DNA from: a virus
Lineage: Duplodnaviria > Caudoviricetes
Virus record (IMG/VR): IMGVR_UViG_3300046707_000046
Span: 1-53,646 of that record
DNA length: 53,646 nucleotides
Direction: 5' to 3' (one strand)
Shown piece after piece: positions 16,793 to 25,610 of the stretch (position 1 is its first letter; each line of letters begins with the position of its first letter). A program made the translations under genes and the position numbers. The notes under the pieces were generated by a model. It saw only the letters and a list, made by a program, of their open reading frames with translations, searched no databases and was not told where the DNA came from.

Positions 16793-17656
16793 CTAGTCCT
16801 TGTAAGACTCCACCTGGCTGCCTGACCAGACCTGAAGCGGGGCGGGGGCAGGCGGGGGAGGCGGAATCGGGGTCCACCACATGTCTTCCTCGATCCTCAT
16901 CCTGCTCATGTCAGCCCAGAAAGTAAGCGGGTGCTCTGCCCCCGCATCGGTCGGACCCTCGGTGTTCTTGACGATCGCTATCTTGTACTCAGCGTTGTAC
17001 GCATTGTAAGCGACGGACAGGATCACCCTCGGGTACTGGCTGACCTTACCGAGGATAGCCGTTCTCCTGGCCGGCTCGGTCGAAATAAGGTCGGTAGTGT
17101 GAGCGCATGCCAGCATGGCACACTGTGATTCCCTGGCTATCCGGTCAAGCTCAAGCGTGAGTGACTTGAGCATGGCCCACTCATTCTCGTAGGCACTGGC
17201 CTGGTTTCCCAGGTTGTCGATCAGCACCACGTCGGGGGGGAGGCCATAGCGCTGCTCGTAGGCTTGCATCTCCCGCTCAACAGCCTCCGGGTCCGGGGCA
17301 TGGAACACTACCCGGATGTTGGAAAGCTTCTGTGCCAGCAGGTCAGCATAACCTTCCCCTTCCCCGTCTTCAATTCGCTTCTTGATGACCAGGTATTCCT
17401 CCCCGGTAAGGATGGAGAGGAACCGGCAGCTAGCCGTTAGCTCGTTAGTGTCCAGCAGGAACAGCAGGCTGGGCACGTTCCACTTGGCTACCATGTTGAA
17501 GGCCAGGGTTGACTTGCCGGAAGTAGCAGGCCCGACGATGAGGCTAAGCTGGGACCGGCATATGTCACACCCTGCATCATGAAGGCGGGAGTAGACAACG
17601 GGCAGGGGGAGCCCTGCGGCTCCCCTCTTGTCTAGCGCCTGGGCCAGGCTAAGCAC
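16793..17656 (-). CDS. DnaB-like (RecA-fold) replicative helicase
   Basis: Walker A GPATSGKS, VVLIDNL, GKVSQ.P..IL, VKN..GP.D. Confidence 0.85.
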   Translation of the reverse strand: MLSLAQALDKRGAAGLPLPVVYSRLHDAGCDICRSQLSLIVGPATSGKSTLAFNMVAKWNVPSLLFLLDTNELTASCRFLSILTGEEYLVIKKRIEDGEGEGYADLLAQKLSNIRVVFHAPDPEAVEREMQAYEQRYGLPPDVVLIDNLGNQASAYENEWAMLKSLTLELDRIARESQCAMLACAHTTDLISTEPARRTAILGKVSQYPRVILSVAYNAYNAEYKIAIVKNTEGPTDAGAEHPLTFWADMSRMRIEEDMWWTPIPPPPPAPAPLQVWSGSQVESYKD

Positions 17657-17859
17657 TAATCAACCTCGGCCTGGAGAATCTTGTTGTATGTGACTGTCCC
17701 GATCGAGTTGACCAGTGCATGGTAAATGCACGTGAGATCACGAGGTTCCTTGCGCGTGTCCGAGCTAATGCAATTAGCGAGCCAGGCCACCTGTTCCTCG
17801 GTCATCCCGAGAAGGTCGAAGGTCGGCTGGACGGGCGGATTTCTCTTGACTGTGACCAT
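17656..17859 (-). CDS. Hypothetical protein
   Basis: SD AGGGAG; MVTVKRNP... Confidence 0.6.
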   Translation of the reverse strand: MVTVKRNPPVQPTFDLLGMTEEQVAWLANCISSDTRKEPRDLTCIYHALVNSIGTVTYNKILQAEVD

Positions 17860-17860
17860 C

Positions 17861-18028
17861 TTAGAACTCCCTGATAATGGCCTCACGGCCGATGTAGTAA
17901 CCAAGAACCTTAACGGCATCCTTGCCGAGTGCCCATCTTGCGATGGGCGCGGCCTGGGCAACCTTTCCCTTGTCGTCAACGGCCAGGCCGAAGGTGGCAA
18001 AGGAAAGGCTGACCCAGAACCAGCGCAT
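17861..18028 (-). CDS. Hypothetical protein (MRWFWVSLSFATFGLAV...AAPIARW)
   Basis: Fills the operon gap; 55 aa. Confidence 0.6.
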   Translation of the reverse strand: MRWFWVSLSFATFGLAVDDKGKVAQAAPIARWALGKDAVKVLGYYIGREAIIREF

Positions 18029-18036
18029 CAGGCCCG

Positions 18037-18585
18037 CTACTTAACCCAGGTCACGTCGTGCTTGGTGCCACGCGGGGCGTTCTGGCAGAACCAGCCCTTC
18101 CACGCGGGAGGGCTGGACTTCTGATCGACCTTGAATATCGTGGGACCGCCGCAGGTCGGGCAGGAGGGTGCCAGGGCAGCCGGAAGCTGCTGGTTCTGCT
18201 GCTGCCACTGCGGAGGCGCGGGAGGCGCGGACGACGACGACGACGGGTAGTTTCCTACCCCGGTGCCAGGCTGGGCACCAGGACCAGGCGTGACCATCCC
18301 GTTCCCCGGCTCTGAGAGCCCCTGTGCCGTGGCAACAGCCCCGGCAGTATCCGGGGCAGGGGTTGCACCCAGAATCGCGGCACCGGCAGCCTCAGGGCTT
18401 CCTGAGACTACTGCCTGGAAACGCTGGGCTGCGACCCTGACCGCGATGTCCAGCCCGACATCGGTAACGGCCTTGATCTGCTCCACCATCTCGGCTGCCG
18501 TCTCTGCGTACAGCACGATCCAGGGAGCCTCGTAGCCCGGCCCGGCCTTAAGGGTGGCGCTAAGCTTGTGGGTGCTATCTGACAC
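18037..18585 (-). CDS. Putative ssDNA-binding/recombination accessory protein
   Basis: TLK.G.GYEAPWIV, Pro/Ala linker, C-terminal C..C...WKGWFC; typical position between Cas4-like nuclease and helicase. Confidence 0.6.
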   Translation of the reverse strand: MSDSTHKLSATLKAGPGYEAPWIVLYAETAAEMVEQIKAVTDVGLDIAVRVAAQRFQAVVSGSPEAAGAAILGATPAPDTAGAVATAQGLSEPGNGMVTPGPGAQPGTGVGNYPSSSSSAPPAPPQWQQQNQQLPAALAPSCPTCGGPTIFKVDQKSSPPAWKGWFCQNAPRGTKHDVTWVK

Positions 18586-18591
18586 TTTCTG

Positions 18592-18807
18592 TTACTTCCT
18601 TCCTGATGGGTTGATAACCCGGAACGTCTCTGACTGGTAATCGTGGTAGTCGAACAGCCCCCCGCCTACCTTGCGGGTAACGCCGCCCTTCACCTTAACG
18701 CGGCTGCCGTCGTACCGCACCCTGAAGCCACGGTACAGCACCTTCACCACGGTTCCCCTGACCTCGGGGTTGCACTTCAGTTCCAGCACTGTTCCTGGGT
18801 GATACAT
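18592..18807 (-). CDS. Small basic beta-rich protein
   Basis: MYHPGTVLELK... Confidence 0.6.
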   Translation of the reverse strand: MYHPGTVLELKCNPEVRGTVVKVLYRGFRVRYDGSRVKVKGGVTRKVGGGLFDYHDYQSETFRVINPSGRK

Positions 18808-18811
18808 GGGC

Positions 18812-19492
18812 TTAGCCAGCCTTCCCGTAGTGCGGATGATCCGGGTCCAGCAAATGGGCCTCAAGGCCGCCGTAGGCAGCGCAAGCCCGGTTGACACCGC
18901 ACATCCCGCACATACTGGACAGGTGGGGCATGTAGATACCGGCTTCGTCTGCCTTCTCAAGCAGGTCAAACTGCCTGGTGTACCAGGCTACCGAGAACTC
19001 GGGATCGGACAAGTCCACCGGCTCAGTGACATACCTGACGTTATCGTTCTTCTGATTCCTGATGCCCCGGCCCATGAAGTAAGCGCCGAACCTGGGACGG
19101 ATGCCGTAGGCTATCTCTATGCCGCTGGCGTAGATGCCTAGCTGGCTGTGTTCCTCGGGACGGTGACCGCCCGACTTCACGTCAAGGATGAGCAGGGCAG
19201 ACCCGGCGACATGCACCTGGTCGATGACCATCTGCACCTCGTGGTGCCCGAAGTTAACGTTAAGCGCTAGCTCAACAGCAGGCCGTCCATCGGGGGTCGT
19301 CCAGACCCGGACATCGGGCTGGCTGTTGTACCAGTCGATGTAAGCTTGAACCTGCTTAGGGCCATTTGCCCGCCACCATGCTTCATCCTGCTTGGGCTTG
19401 AAGCCGGCGGTACGCCAGCGGTCCCTCGGCCAGCCCGAGTCTAGTTCCTCGGTGACGATGGCCTCATCAAGGATCGAGTCGAAGCTATCCAC
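18812..19492 (-). CDS. Cas4/RecB-like PD-(D/E)XK exonuclease, C-terminal part
   Basis: EAWW...GP..V..YI.W, P.VEL, IDQV, ILDVKSG, QLGIYA, C..C.V...C. Confidence 0.88.
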   Translation of the reverse strand: MDSFDSILDEAIVTEELDSGWPRDRWRTAGFKPKQDEAWWRANGPKQVQAYIDWYNSQPDVRVWTTPDGRPAVELALNVNFGHHEVQMVIDQVHVAGSALLILDVKSGGHRPEEHSQLGIYASGIEIAYGIRPRFGAYFMGRGIRNQKNDNVRYVTEPVDLSDPEFSVAWYTRQFDLLEKADEAGIYMPHLSSMCGMCGVNRACAAYGGLEAHLLDPDHPHYGKAG

Positions 19493-19763
19493 GGGGAATC
19501 CGGCCCGCCTTGACATCAAGGAATCTCCGGGGCACTAGTCCCTTAGAACGCAGCCACCGGAAGGCGATTCTGCGCCAGTGCTTACCAGCCCCCCCACAGC
19601 GTTCTTCCTCCGATCCGTCATGGTAGCCGAGAGCCCTTACCTCGCCAAGGATCTCTTTCACCTTGTGCTTGCGTTCCTTCTCGTCGGCTATCTGGACAGC
19701 CGCCATTACCTGGGGGTAAGCCTCATTCACGGTCAGGCCGAAGGGGCTGCTGCTGCTACTCAT
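19485..19763 (-). CDS. Hypothetical protein inserted between the nuclease halves
   Basis: Coupled ORF. Confidence 0.65.
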   Translation of the reverse strand: MSSSSSPFGLTVNEAYPQVMAAVQIADEKERKHKVKEILGEVRALGYHDGSEEERCGGAGKHWRRIAFRWLRSKGLVPRRFLDVKAGRIPRG

Positions 19764-20076
19764 CTTCGGTCACGGCCTTAGACGCTGCCTTATCGGCAGC
19801 CAGGCGGGACACCTCACGATGATCCCGTTCCAGTATGCCCTTGCAGGACGGGCACAACATGACCTCGTGCTTGCCGGGCAAGGGCTTAAGCCCTGCGATG
19901 GGCGGCTCCGGGCCTTCGTACCCGCACCACGGGCAGTCTTCCCACCATGCGTCGATCCCGTCTTCGAGCATCCCGGCCGCGACGGTTGCCAGGTAGCTGT
20001 ACTTGACCTTGGACTTGGGAGGCTCGCCGGGTGTGAGCACGGCGTCTCCGAAGCTGACTTCAATGGGCTTAGGCAT
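19756..20076 (-). CDS. Zn-finger protein (CPWC...CPSC) inserted between the nuclease halves
   Basis: SD GGAGG; coupled ORF. Confidence 0.7.
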   Translation of the reverse strand: MPKPIEVSFGDAVLTPGEPPKSKVKYSYLATVAAGMLEDGIDAWWEDCPWCGYEGPEPPIAGLKPLPGKHEVMLCPSCKGILERDHREVSRLAADKAASKAVTEDE

Positions 20077-20275
20077 TGCTGTTTTCCTCCGCGTGCCTGA
20101 CCAGCAGCCAGGCTTCGATACCCGAATGAACTGCCTTGCCCCCGGCGTTCCACCAGCCGGGGATAGATGAGATGCCCAGCCGGCGCTGCAACTGGAACCG
20201 CTTACCGCAGCCGGTAATCTGGCTTAGCTGGCTGTAAGACCTGCGGTGCCTGTCAGTTACCGCTGGCTGTGTCAC
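20069..20275 (-). CDS. Cas4/RecB-like exonuclease, N-terminal part
   Basis: RSYSQLS....CG.RF.L.R.......P.WW..GG.AVH..IE. Confidence 0.85.
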   Translation of the reverse strand: MTQPAVTDRHRRSYSQLSQITGCGKRFQLQRRLGISSIPGWWNAGGKAVHSGIEAWLLVRHAEENSNA

Positions 20276-21432
20276 TTATCCTCCGAATCGATCGTTGAAA
20301 GGAAGTCGTTCACGGCCTTGAAAGCCTTGGTGCTGCTGTCTAGCTGCTTGCCAAGCTGGAAAAAGGATGCCTTCACCTGCTCGGTTGCCCTTGCTACGTC
20401 ATCAAGTGCTACGTCATCAAGTATCGCAGCCTGAACGGTCGGGTCTTGCATGTACTCTACAAGAGTACCAGTCCAGAGCAGGGACGGCAACCCGCAACCG
20501 CAAGAGCAGTTGCAGCACGGGCACTTGGCACAGTGCCGGCTCTGGTCGTCCGTATCCTCAGCGAACCAGCAGCGCTCGCAGCAGGATGGCGGGGGCGTCA
20601 TGATCCGGCCGTAGATGGTGTTACTCCGGGCGATGGTGACGATTACCCCGTTGGCGGTCCAGTGGTAGCAGAAGCCGGGCTCTGAGTAGCACAGCTTGCA
20701 CTGCCAGGGGGGAGGCTTAGGGTCGTGATCAAGGCTGTTCTGCGGCCCGGCGCAAACACGAGGGTGATGCGTGCCCTCCTTCTCGCTCCACTTGCCGTCG
20801 TGGCACTTGAAGATTTCCTCATTGCACATCAGGCAGGAAGACATTATCCTGGGCTCAACTATCATTTCAAGGTTAGCGTGAGCCTTGGCAGCGTGCGGAT
20901 CGCCCTTTACGTCAGTGAAGACCGTTAGCCCCCTTAGCTCCTGTGTTAGCTGCTGTAGGCCCGCGTAACCCGGAGGTTCCACGTTGGGATTCCACGTGTA
21001 GCTCGTGACAGGAGGCGGGAAATCAGACTGAGGGTACTTGGGGGTACTTTGGGAAGGCCGGGCCGGAATCTTGGGCTTGGGGGCACTGTTGGCACCCTTC
21101 GTCGCCGGATGGTGCCGACGGTCGGGAGACTTGACGCACGTCCAGTCGGGCCTGCCGGGCTCGCTCTTGCTGGTGTGCTCGCGCTGCCAGCGACCTTGCC
21201 GTTCCTCGATCAGGCGTGTGCAGTAACGGCACTTGGTGCCGGGGGTCATGGCCATCTTGGGTGGCGTCCTATCTACAACGTGATCGCTGTTAGTGACCGG
21301 GCAATACCAGTCAAGATAGCCGGGCTTCGGGGGCTTGGCAACCCACTTCGGATTTTCCCACCATGTGCGGTGAACGAACCGCAACCTAGCCTCGCAGCAT
21401 ACACATCTGTCAATGTCATGCACTCCGACCAC
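20272..21432 (-). CDS. Multi-Zn-finger Cys/His-rich protein
   Basis: Three CxxC...W...C...H(xP) repeats plus further Cys clusters. Confidence 0.75.
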   Translation of the reverse strand: MVGVHDIDRCVCCEARLRFVHRTWWENPKWVAKPPKPGYLDWYCPVTNSDHVVDRTPPKMAMTPGTKCRYCTRLIEERQGRWQREHTSKSEPGRPDWTCVKSPDRRHHPATKGANSAPKPKIPARPSQSTPKYPQSDFPPPVTSYTWNPNVEPPGYAGLQQLTQELRGLTVFTDVKGDPHAAKAHANLEMIVEPRIMSSCLMCNEEIFKCHDGKWSEKEGTHHPRVCAGPQNSLDHDPKPPPWQCKLCYSEPGFCYHWTANGVIVTIARSNTIYGRIMTPPPSCCERCWFAEDTDDQSRHCAKCPCCNCSCGCGLPSLLWTGTLVEYMQDPTVQAAILDDVALDDVARATEQVKASFFQLGKQLDSSTKAFKAVNDFLSTIDSEDK

Positions 21433-21497
21433 CTAGAGCACCAGGAGGACCGTGATCCTCTTTGTTTTGCCATCGGGCGGGAATTAGCAGTTACCCT

Positions 21498-21563
21498 ATA
21501 GTAGTTATATAGTAGTAGTTAGTAGTTAGTATAGTAGTTATATAGTAGTAGTTAGTAGTTAGT
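21498..21563. repeat. Two exact 33-bp tandem AT-rich repeats; candidate replication origin
   Basis: ATAGTAGTTATATAGTAGTAGTTAGTAGTTAGT x2, no C on the + strand. Confidence 0.9.
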
Positions 21564-21622
21564 TAGGTGCCCTCCGGGCACCGGGCACACCCTCCCTTTG
21601 GTCGGGCACCGGGCCTGTTCCG

Positions 21623-21650
21623 ATCCTACCGCGCTCGTCAAGTTCCGCAA
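21623..21650 (-). promoter_or_regulatory. Putative promoter of the replication block
   Basis: TTGCGG-N16-TAGGAT just downstream of a terminator. Confidence 0.4.
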
Positions 21651-21661
21651 CCCCCAACTGC

Positions 21662-21686
21662 AAAAACCCCCGCCGCGAGGCGGGGG
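21662..21686 (-). terminator. Intrinsic terminator ending the late operon
   Basis: ACCCCCGCC-TCGC-GGCGGGGGT-TTTT on the minus strand. Confidence 0.85.
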
Positions 21687-21720
21687 TGCAGGTAGGTAGC
21701 CCGATCTGTCTGTCTGTCTG

Positions 21721-22185
21721 CTACTTGGAGATCAGGGCGTGGACGTACTGGGAAGCCTCCCAGTCGCTATGGGATGCTGTGTGTGCTCCCGCTGCTCCAC
21801 GGTGATGCCATGCACACAGCCACCGGAAGTTAACGTCCGACTCCACCCATGCCCCGACGCTGGTAGCGTCGGAGATGCCGGGAAAGTCCTTTTCCAGGGC
21901 CGACAGGTCGATGCCGTTCTGAAGGCTGAACTCGACGTGTGCATGGTGCAGCTCAAGACCTGGCTGCTGCTGACCCGGCCCGGCCGGCGCGGGACACGGG
22001 TTCATCTGGGCGTCCCGGCAGTCCTGATAGCCGATCCGTTCCCCGATGTAACAGCGGGCCGTAGCACGATGCGTCTTGTGGTAGTGGTTGAAATCCACAT
22101 AGTGCGGGTCCGCAGTGCGGGCCGGGTGAGGCGGGAAGTGCATGATGTAGTGATGAGATTCCGCCTGAGTGTGTGCAAGTACCAT
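21721..22185 (-). CDS. HNH-like His/Cys protein
   Basis: C.I....LELHH.HVE...N..WLC..HHRG. Confidence 0.6.
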   Translation of the reverse strand: MVLAHTQAESHHYIMHFPPHPARTADPHYVDFNHYHKTHRATARCYIGERIGYQDCRDAQMNPCPAPAGPGQQQPGLELHHAHVEFSLQNGIDLSALEKDFPGISDATSVGAWVESDVNFRWLCAWHHRGAAGAHTASHSDWEASQYVHALISK

Positions 22186-22355
22186 CTTTCTGCATCTCCC
22201 TAAGGTCTGACCTTAGCTCCTAGCTAAGGAATGTTGTTATTTTTTATTAAAGTACAGTTTGGGAACTTCGGGAGCTAAGCAAGGCTAAAGCCCCCCAGCA
22301 GCTCACTCATACCACTGAGGGGCTCTAGCCCCGGCTGAGGGATCGGCAGCCGGGC

Positions 22356-22592
22356 TTACCGAACCGAACGCTGGGCGGTGCGCTGCTGGCGTGCCTCGCG
22401 GCGGGCGGCCTTAACTCCCAGGCCGGCGGCGAGTGCGTGGAGTAGGGCGACGGCGGCGGAAACGATCCCCAGCAGTTCGGTCGTGGTCACGTTGTGGAAG
22501 CCGAGCTTGACTCCCACGAGAATTGCAATCGAGAGCAGCCCGGCCAGGAGCGACGGGTACTGCTTGAAAACCTTCTCGATGTAGGTAAGCAT
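22356..22592 (-). CDS. Holin-like two-TM protein
   Basis: Two hydrophobic helices with a basic tail, in the lysis region; SD AAGGGG. Confidence 0.6.
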   Translation of the reverse strand: MLTYIEKVFKQYPSLLAGLLSIAILVGVKLGFHNVTTTELLGIVSAAVALLHALAAGLGVKAARREARQQRTAQRSVR

Positions 22593-22606
22593 GTGATGAT
22601 CCCCTT

Positions 22607-23440
22607 CTAGGACTGTGAATCGGAGTTGATGACGGACAGGGAATTGATGGTGGCGGTATCCTGGGAGTCCCAGGCATACTGTGCGTTCCAGAAACTGATG
22701 AAGGTCAGGCAATTGGTTTCCTTCGCCCAGGCGTAGGCCGCCTTGAACCAGTCGGCCCTTACCTGACCCGGAAAGGCCGAGTTGGTCTCGAAGATGGCGA
22801 ACACTGCGTTTGGCTCGACCGACCGCACCTGCTCCACGTCAGGGCCGAACACGCCCGCCGGCGTGGTTGCCTGATTGTCCTGGTAGCCATCCAGGGCGTA
22901 GAAATCCAGCCCTGACACGATCCACTGTGAGAGCGGGTAGTGCTTGCTCTTTGGGTTGGCGGTGTAACTGCCGACGTTCTGGCCGAACTTGGCACCAGCG
23001 GGGGCGTTGGCCTTGAAGATGGCCCGTGCGTTGTGAATAGCACTGATAACCTGAACGGGCGTGTACGGATAGCGCTGAGCCTCGTACTCCCCGTCGATTG
23101 TCACCAGCGCACCATTGGGAACCTGCCGGAAGTAGGCCGCTAGCTCAGCGTCGTACTTACCCGACGCAGTTCCAGCCACATCCTTGATGGCCAGGTTAAC
23201 TGTCGGGCAGGTAACTCCGAGGGGTTCCCCTGACCAGGCCGCCGGGATTCCTGACTGGTATCCGCGATAAGCCATCAGGGGCAGGGGGCTAACTGCACCC
23301 GCTACGTCGGCGTAGCCTCCGTGATTGGCCCCGACAACGACGGGAACCGGGGGAACGTATGTCAGGGTAAGGTAGACCTTGCTGGTATGCCCGGCATTGT
23401 CCAGCAATGTACCCTGGAACCTAAGCGTCTGGTCAGGCAC
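22607..23440 (-). CDS. Glycoside hydrolase, GH26-like TIM barrel
   Basis: SGKYDA.L..YF, V..DGE.E, LDFYALDGY, FAIFETN. Confidence 0.65.
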   Translation of the reverse strand: MPDQTLRFQGTLLDNAGHTSKVYLTLTYVPPVPVVVGANHGGYADVAGAVSPLPLMAYRGYQSGIPAAWSGEPLGVTCPTVNLAIKDVAGTASGKYDAELAAYFRQVPNGALVTIDGEYEAQRYPYTPVQVISAIHNARAIFKANAPAGAKFGQNVGSYTANPKSKHYPLSQWIVSGLDFYALDGYQDNQATTPAGVFGPDVEQVRSVEPNAVFAIFETNSAFPGQVRADWFKAAYAWAKETNCLTFISFWNAQYAWDSQDTATINSLSVINSDSQS

Positions 23441-23598
23441 TACTTCATCCCTCTCTTGTTTCGCTTGTGCCGTTGCCCCTTGCCGGGGACGTTGTTCTTG
23501 TTAAGCCTCTTACGGCACGGCCGGCATATGTCACCGGGCTTCTTAACCTGCCGCAGGCAGCAGATGTCACACTGCGGCGCATGTGATGGGGCGGGCAT
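23440..23598 (-). CDS. Small basic Zn-finger peptide (CDICC...ICRPC)
   Basis: 1-bp stop/start overlaps on both sides. Confidence 0.55.
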   Translation of the reverse strand: MPAPSHAPQCDICCLRQVKKPGDICRPCRKRLNKNNVPGKGQRHKRNKRGMK

Positions 23599-24287
23599 TA
23601 GGCGACGCCTCCTACCTGCATGACCCCGCTGGCGTCTACCAGGTGGCCGTTTACGGTAAGAGTACCAGTGATCTCGTACCTGGTGACACCCGCTGGCGGG
23701 TTCCTGATCTTGTGCGCCCGGAGGACGATCTCGTCCCTCTGGTTAGAGCGCACATGCGCGGGTGGCTGGTCCGGGCAACTGTGCCCTCCCCATGCGGCCC
23801 CGCCCATGTAATGGGCAGCGTAACCACGTCCGGTGATCCTCGTAGCCACCTGAAGCGGGAACCCTGCGAAGCCGGAAAGGAACTCGAACACCAGCGCGCT
23901 AGATGTTAGCTGGGCATCGGTCAGGGGGTTGTCGGGCTTGCCGTTGTCGGCATGCTCGATTCCGTACCAGATCGGATTTGCTGCGGGGAAAGCATGCCAG
24001 GCCATCCACCCCTGCCCGATGGGACCGAACTGATGAACATCTCCGTTCTGAGCGATTCCGAAGTTGGCTGACGCATTGAAACCGGAAGTGTTGAACAGCT
24101 TGATGCACTCGGGGAGGTTGCACACCATCGTGTGCATGATGACGCCCTGCATGGGGCCGGTGCCGTTAAGCGTGCCGTTAACGCACGGGAACGGGTCGTT
24201 GTAGGACCACTTGATTCCACCACCGTAAAGCTTGCCGGTGGGCTTGGCAAGGGCTAGAGGCTTAGGCGGGTTGTTCGGGTTCCACAT
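23598..24287 (-). CDS. Endolysin, N-acetylmuramoyl-L-alanine amidase (Amidase_2)
   Basis: IMHT, SANF.I...G...Q, AWHA, GIEH, H...GGHSCP. Confidence 0.88.
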   Translation of the reverse strand: MWNPNNPPKPLALAKPTGKLYGGGIKWSYNDPFPCVNGTLNGTGPMQGVIMHTMVCNLPECIKLFNTSGFNASANFGIAQNGDVHQFGPIGQGWMAWHAFPAANPIWYGIEHADNGKPDNPLTDAQLTSSALVFEFLSGFAGFPLQVATRITGRGYAAHYMGGAAWGGHSCPDQPPAHVRSNQRDEIVLRAHKIRNPPAGVTRYEITGTLTVNGHLVDASGVMQVGGVA

Positions 24288-24501
24288 CGTCCTTGGTCCT
24301 TTCTAGCTCCGCTAGATGAGCTACGTAATGCTTATGCAGCCATCTTACCAGGTTACGCCCTATCTTGTGCCGTGCGAACCAGGCAGTTGCAAGGGTTATC
24401 GCACCGCATGGGATGATCGCCCAGACGTTCCCCCACACAAACCCGTAGGGCCATGCAAAGTAGACGTAGAGGACGTGCCAGGCGATCAGGTACCACACCA
24501 T
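24262..24501 (-). CDS. Small membrane protein
   Basis: Aromatic and hydrophobic segments; coupled. Confidence 0.65.
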   Translation of the reverse strand: MVWYLIAWHVLYVYFAWPYGFVWGNVWAIIPCGAITLATAWFARHKIGRNLVRWLHKHYVAHLAELERTKDDVEPEQPA

Positions 24502-25610
24502 TAGTTCAGGCCGAACACCCGGTGCCAGAGCCTGGCAAACCAGTTGATGAAGTCGTCCAGCCAGTTAGGCGGGGGCTGTGGCGGTGCCGGGGGCACCGGG
24601 GCCGGAGGGGTAACTGGCCCTGGCTTGCCGGTAAGCAGGCTAAGGTCTTCGCTTAGCTGCTGAAAGTTGAAGCCCTCGACGGGGGTAACCCCGTGGGAGT
24701 CGATAAAGTCCTGGGTAATGATGACCCATGCTTCCTCGACGTACCGGGACAGGAACTCCATTGACACAGGCTGGGCCTTGCCCCACGTGATGACCGTTCC
24801 GGGGTTAGGTGCGCTCTCATCCCAAGCCTGAAGCGGGATGGCGTGACCGCCTGCGATCGGTGAGCCCGGCACGTAGGTCCATGCACCATCACCGTTGAAC
24901 TGATCGATTGCCGACTGAGGGCAGTTGATGCCGAGGTAGACGGTACCGAAGATTTCCAGGGTCTGCCGCAGGTTTTCCTCGGTCCACGACTTAAGCTCGG
25001 CGAAGGCCACGATCTTGTGCCCGCCGATGCCCTTAACTCGCCAGTAGTCCAGAACGTCCTGAATGACCGCCCCGTTGTCGGTGCCAGGATCGCCTGGGAC
25101 ATATCCGCCAGTGGCCATGTAGAGTGCCAGAACGTCGTTGTCCGAGACTTCGGCTTCCTGCGACCCGTACGCCGTCCATGACATGACCTCATGGCCTGCA
25201 CATGCTGCCGTACAGTCGCCTAGCTGGTCGTTAAGATACATCGGCCAGCTACCCACCTTGCCGGCATAGTCGATCACCGGGGCGGGAGCCGGGAGGCTTC
25301 CGAATTCCACGAAGTCGTGAACGCTCAGCCTCGGGGCTGCCCACTCTGGGTATGGCCGCCTACGGCCTAGCTTACCTGATGTTGCCATGTCTTCAGTGAT
25401 CCCTCCGTTGATGAGTGACAATCCGCGCCTGGCAGGGCCTAGACCGCCTCCGCCGTGAAGCGGCAGCTTCCTGACCTTCAGGTGCCTTGAATGGCGGGGC
25501 TTCTTGCCCCTGCGCTTAGGCTTAACCTTACCAGGCTTAGCAGGCCCGAGGCCACCACCACCATGCAGCGGGGTGGGGCCGGTCTTAGGAGGATGCTGCG
25601 GCTTGTGCAT
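24501..25610 (-). CDS. Papain-like cysteine peptidase; start at 25610 or 25388
   Basis: MYLNDQLGDCT.A...H, GGHAI, ITWG, Y.EEAW. Confidence 0.8.
   Translation of the reverse strand: MHKPQHPPKTGPTPLHGGGGLGPAKPGKVKPKRRGKKPRHSRHLKVRKLPLHGGGGLGPARRGLSLINGGITEDMATSGKLGRRRPYPEWAAPRLSVHDFVEFGSLPAPAPVIDYAGKVGSWPMYLNDQLGDCTAACAGHEVMSWTAYGSQEAEVSDNDVLALYMATGGYVPGDPGTDNGAVIQDVLDYWRVKGIGGHKIVAFAELKSWTEENLRQTLEIFGTVYLGINCPQSAIDQFNGDGAWTYVPGSPIAGGHAIPLQAWDESAPNPGTVITWGKAQPVSMEFLSRYVEEAWVIITQDFIDSHGVTPVEGFNFQQLSEDLSLLTGKPGPVTPPAPVPPAPPQPPPNWLDDFINWFARLWHRVFGLN

Noticed and set aside
18812-20275. CRISPR-associated Cas4, or an intron/intein in the nuclease
   Set aside because: Solo Cas4-like nucleases are common in phages; the insert is two coupled ORFs with no group I/II or intein motifs
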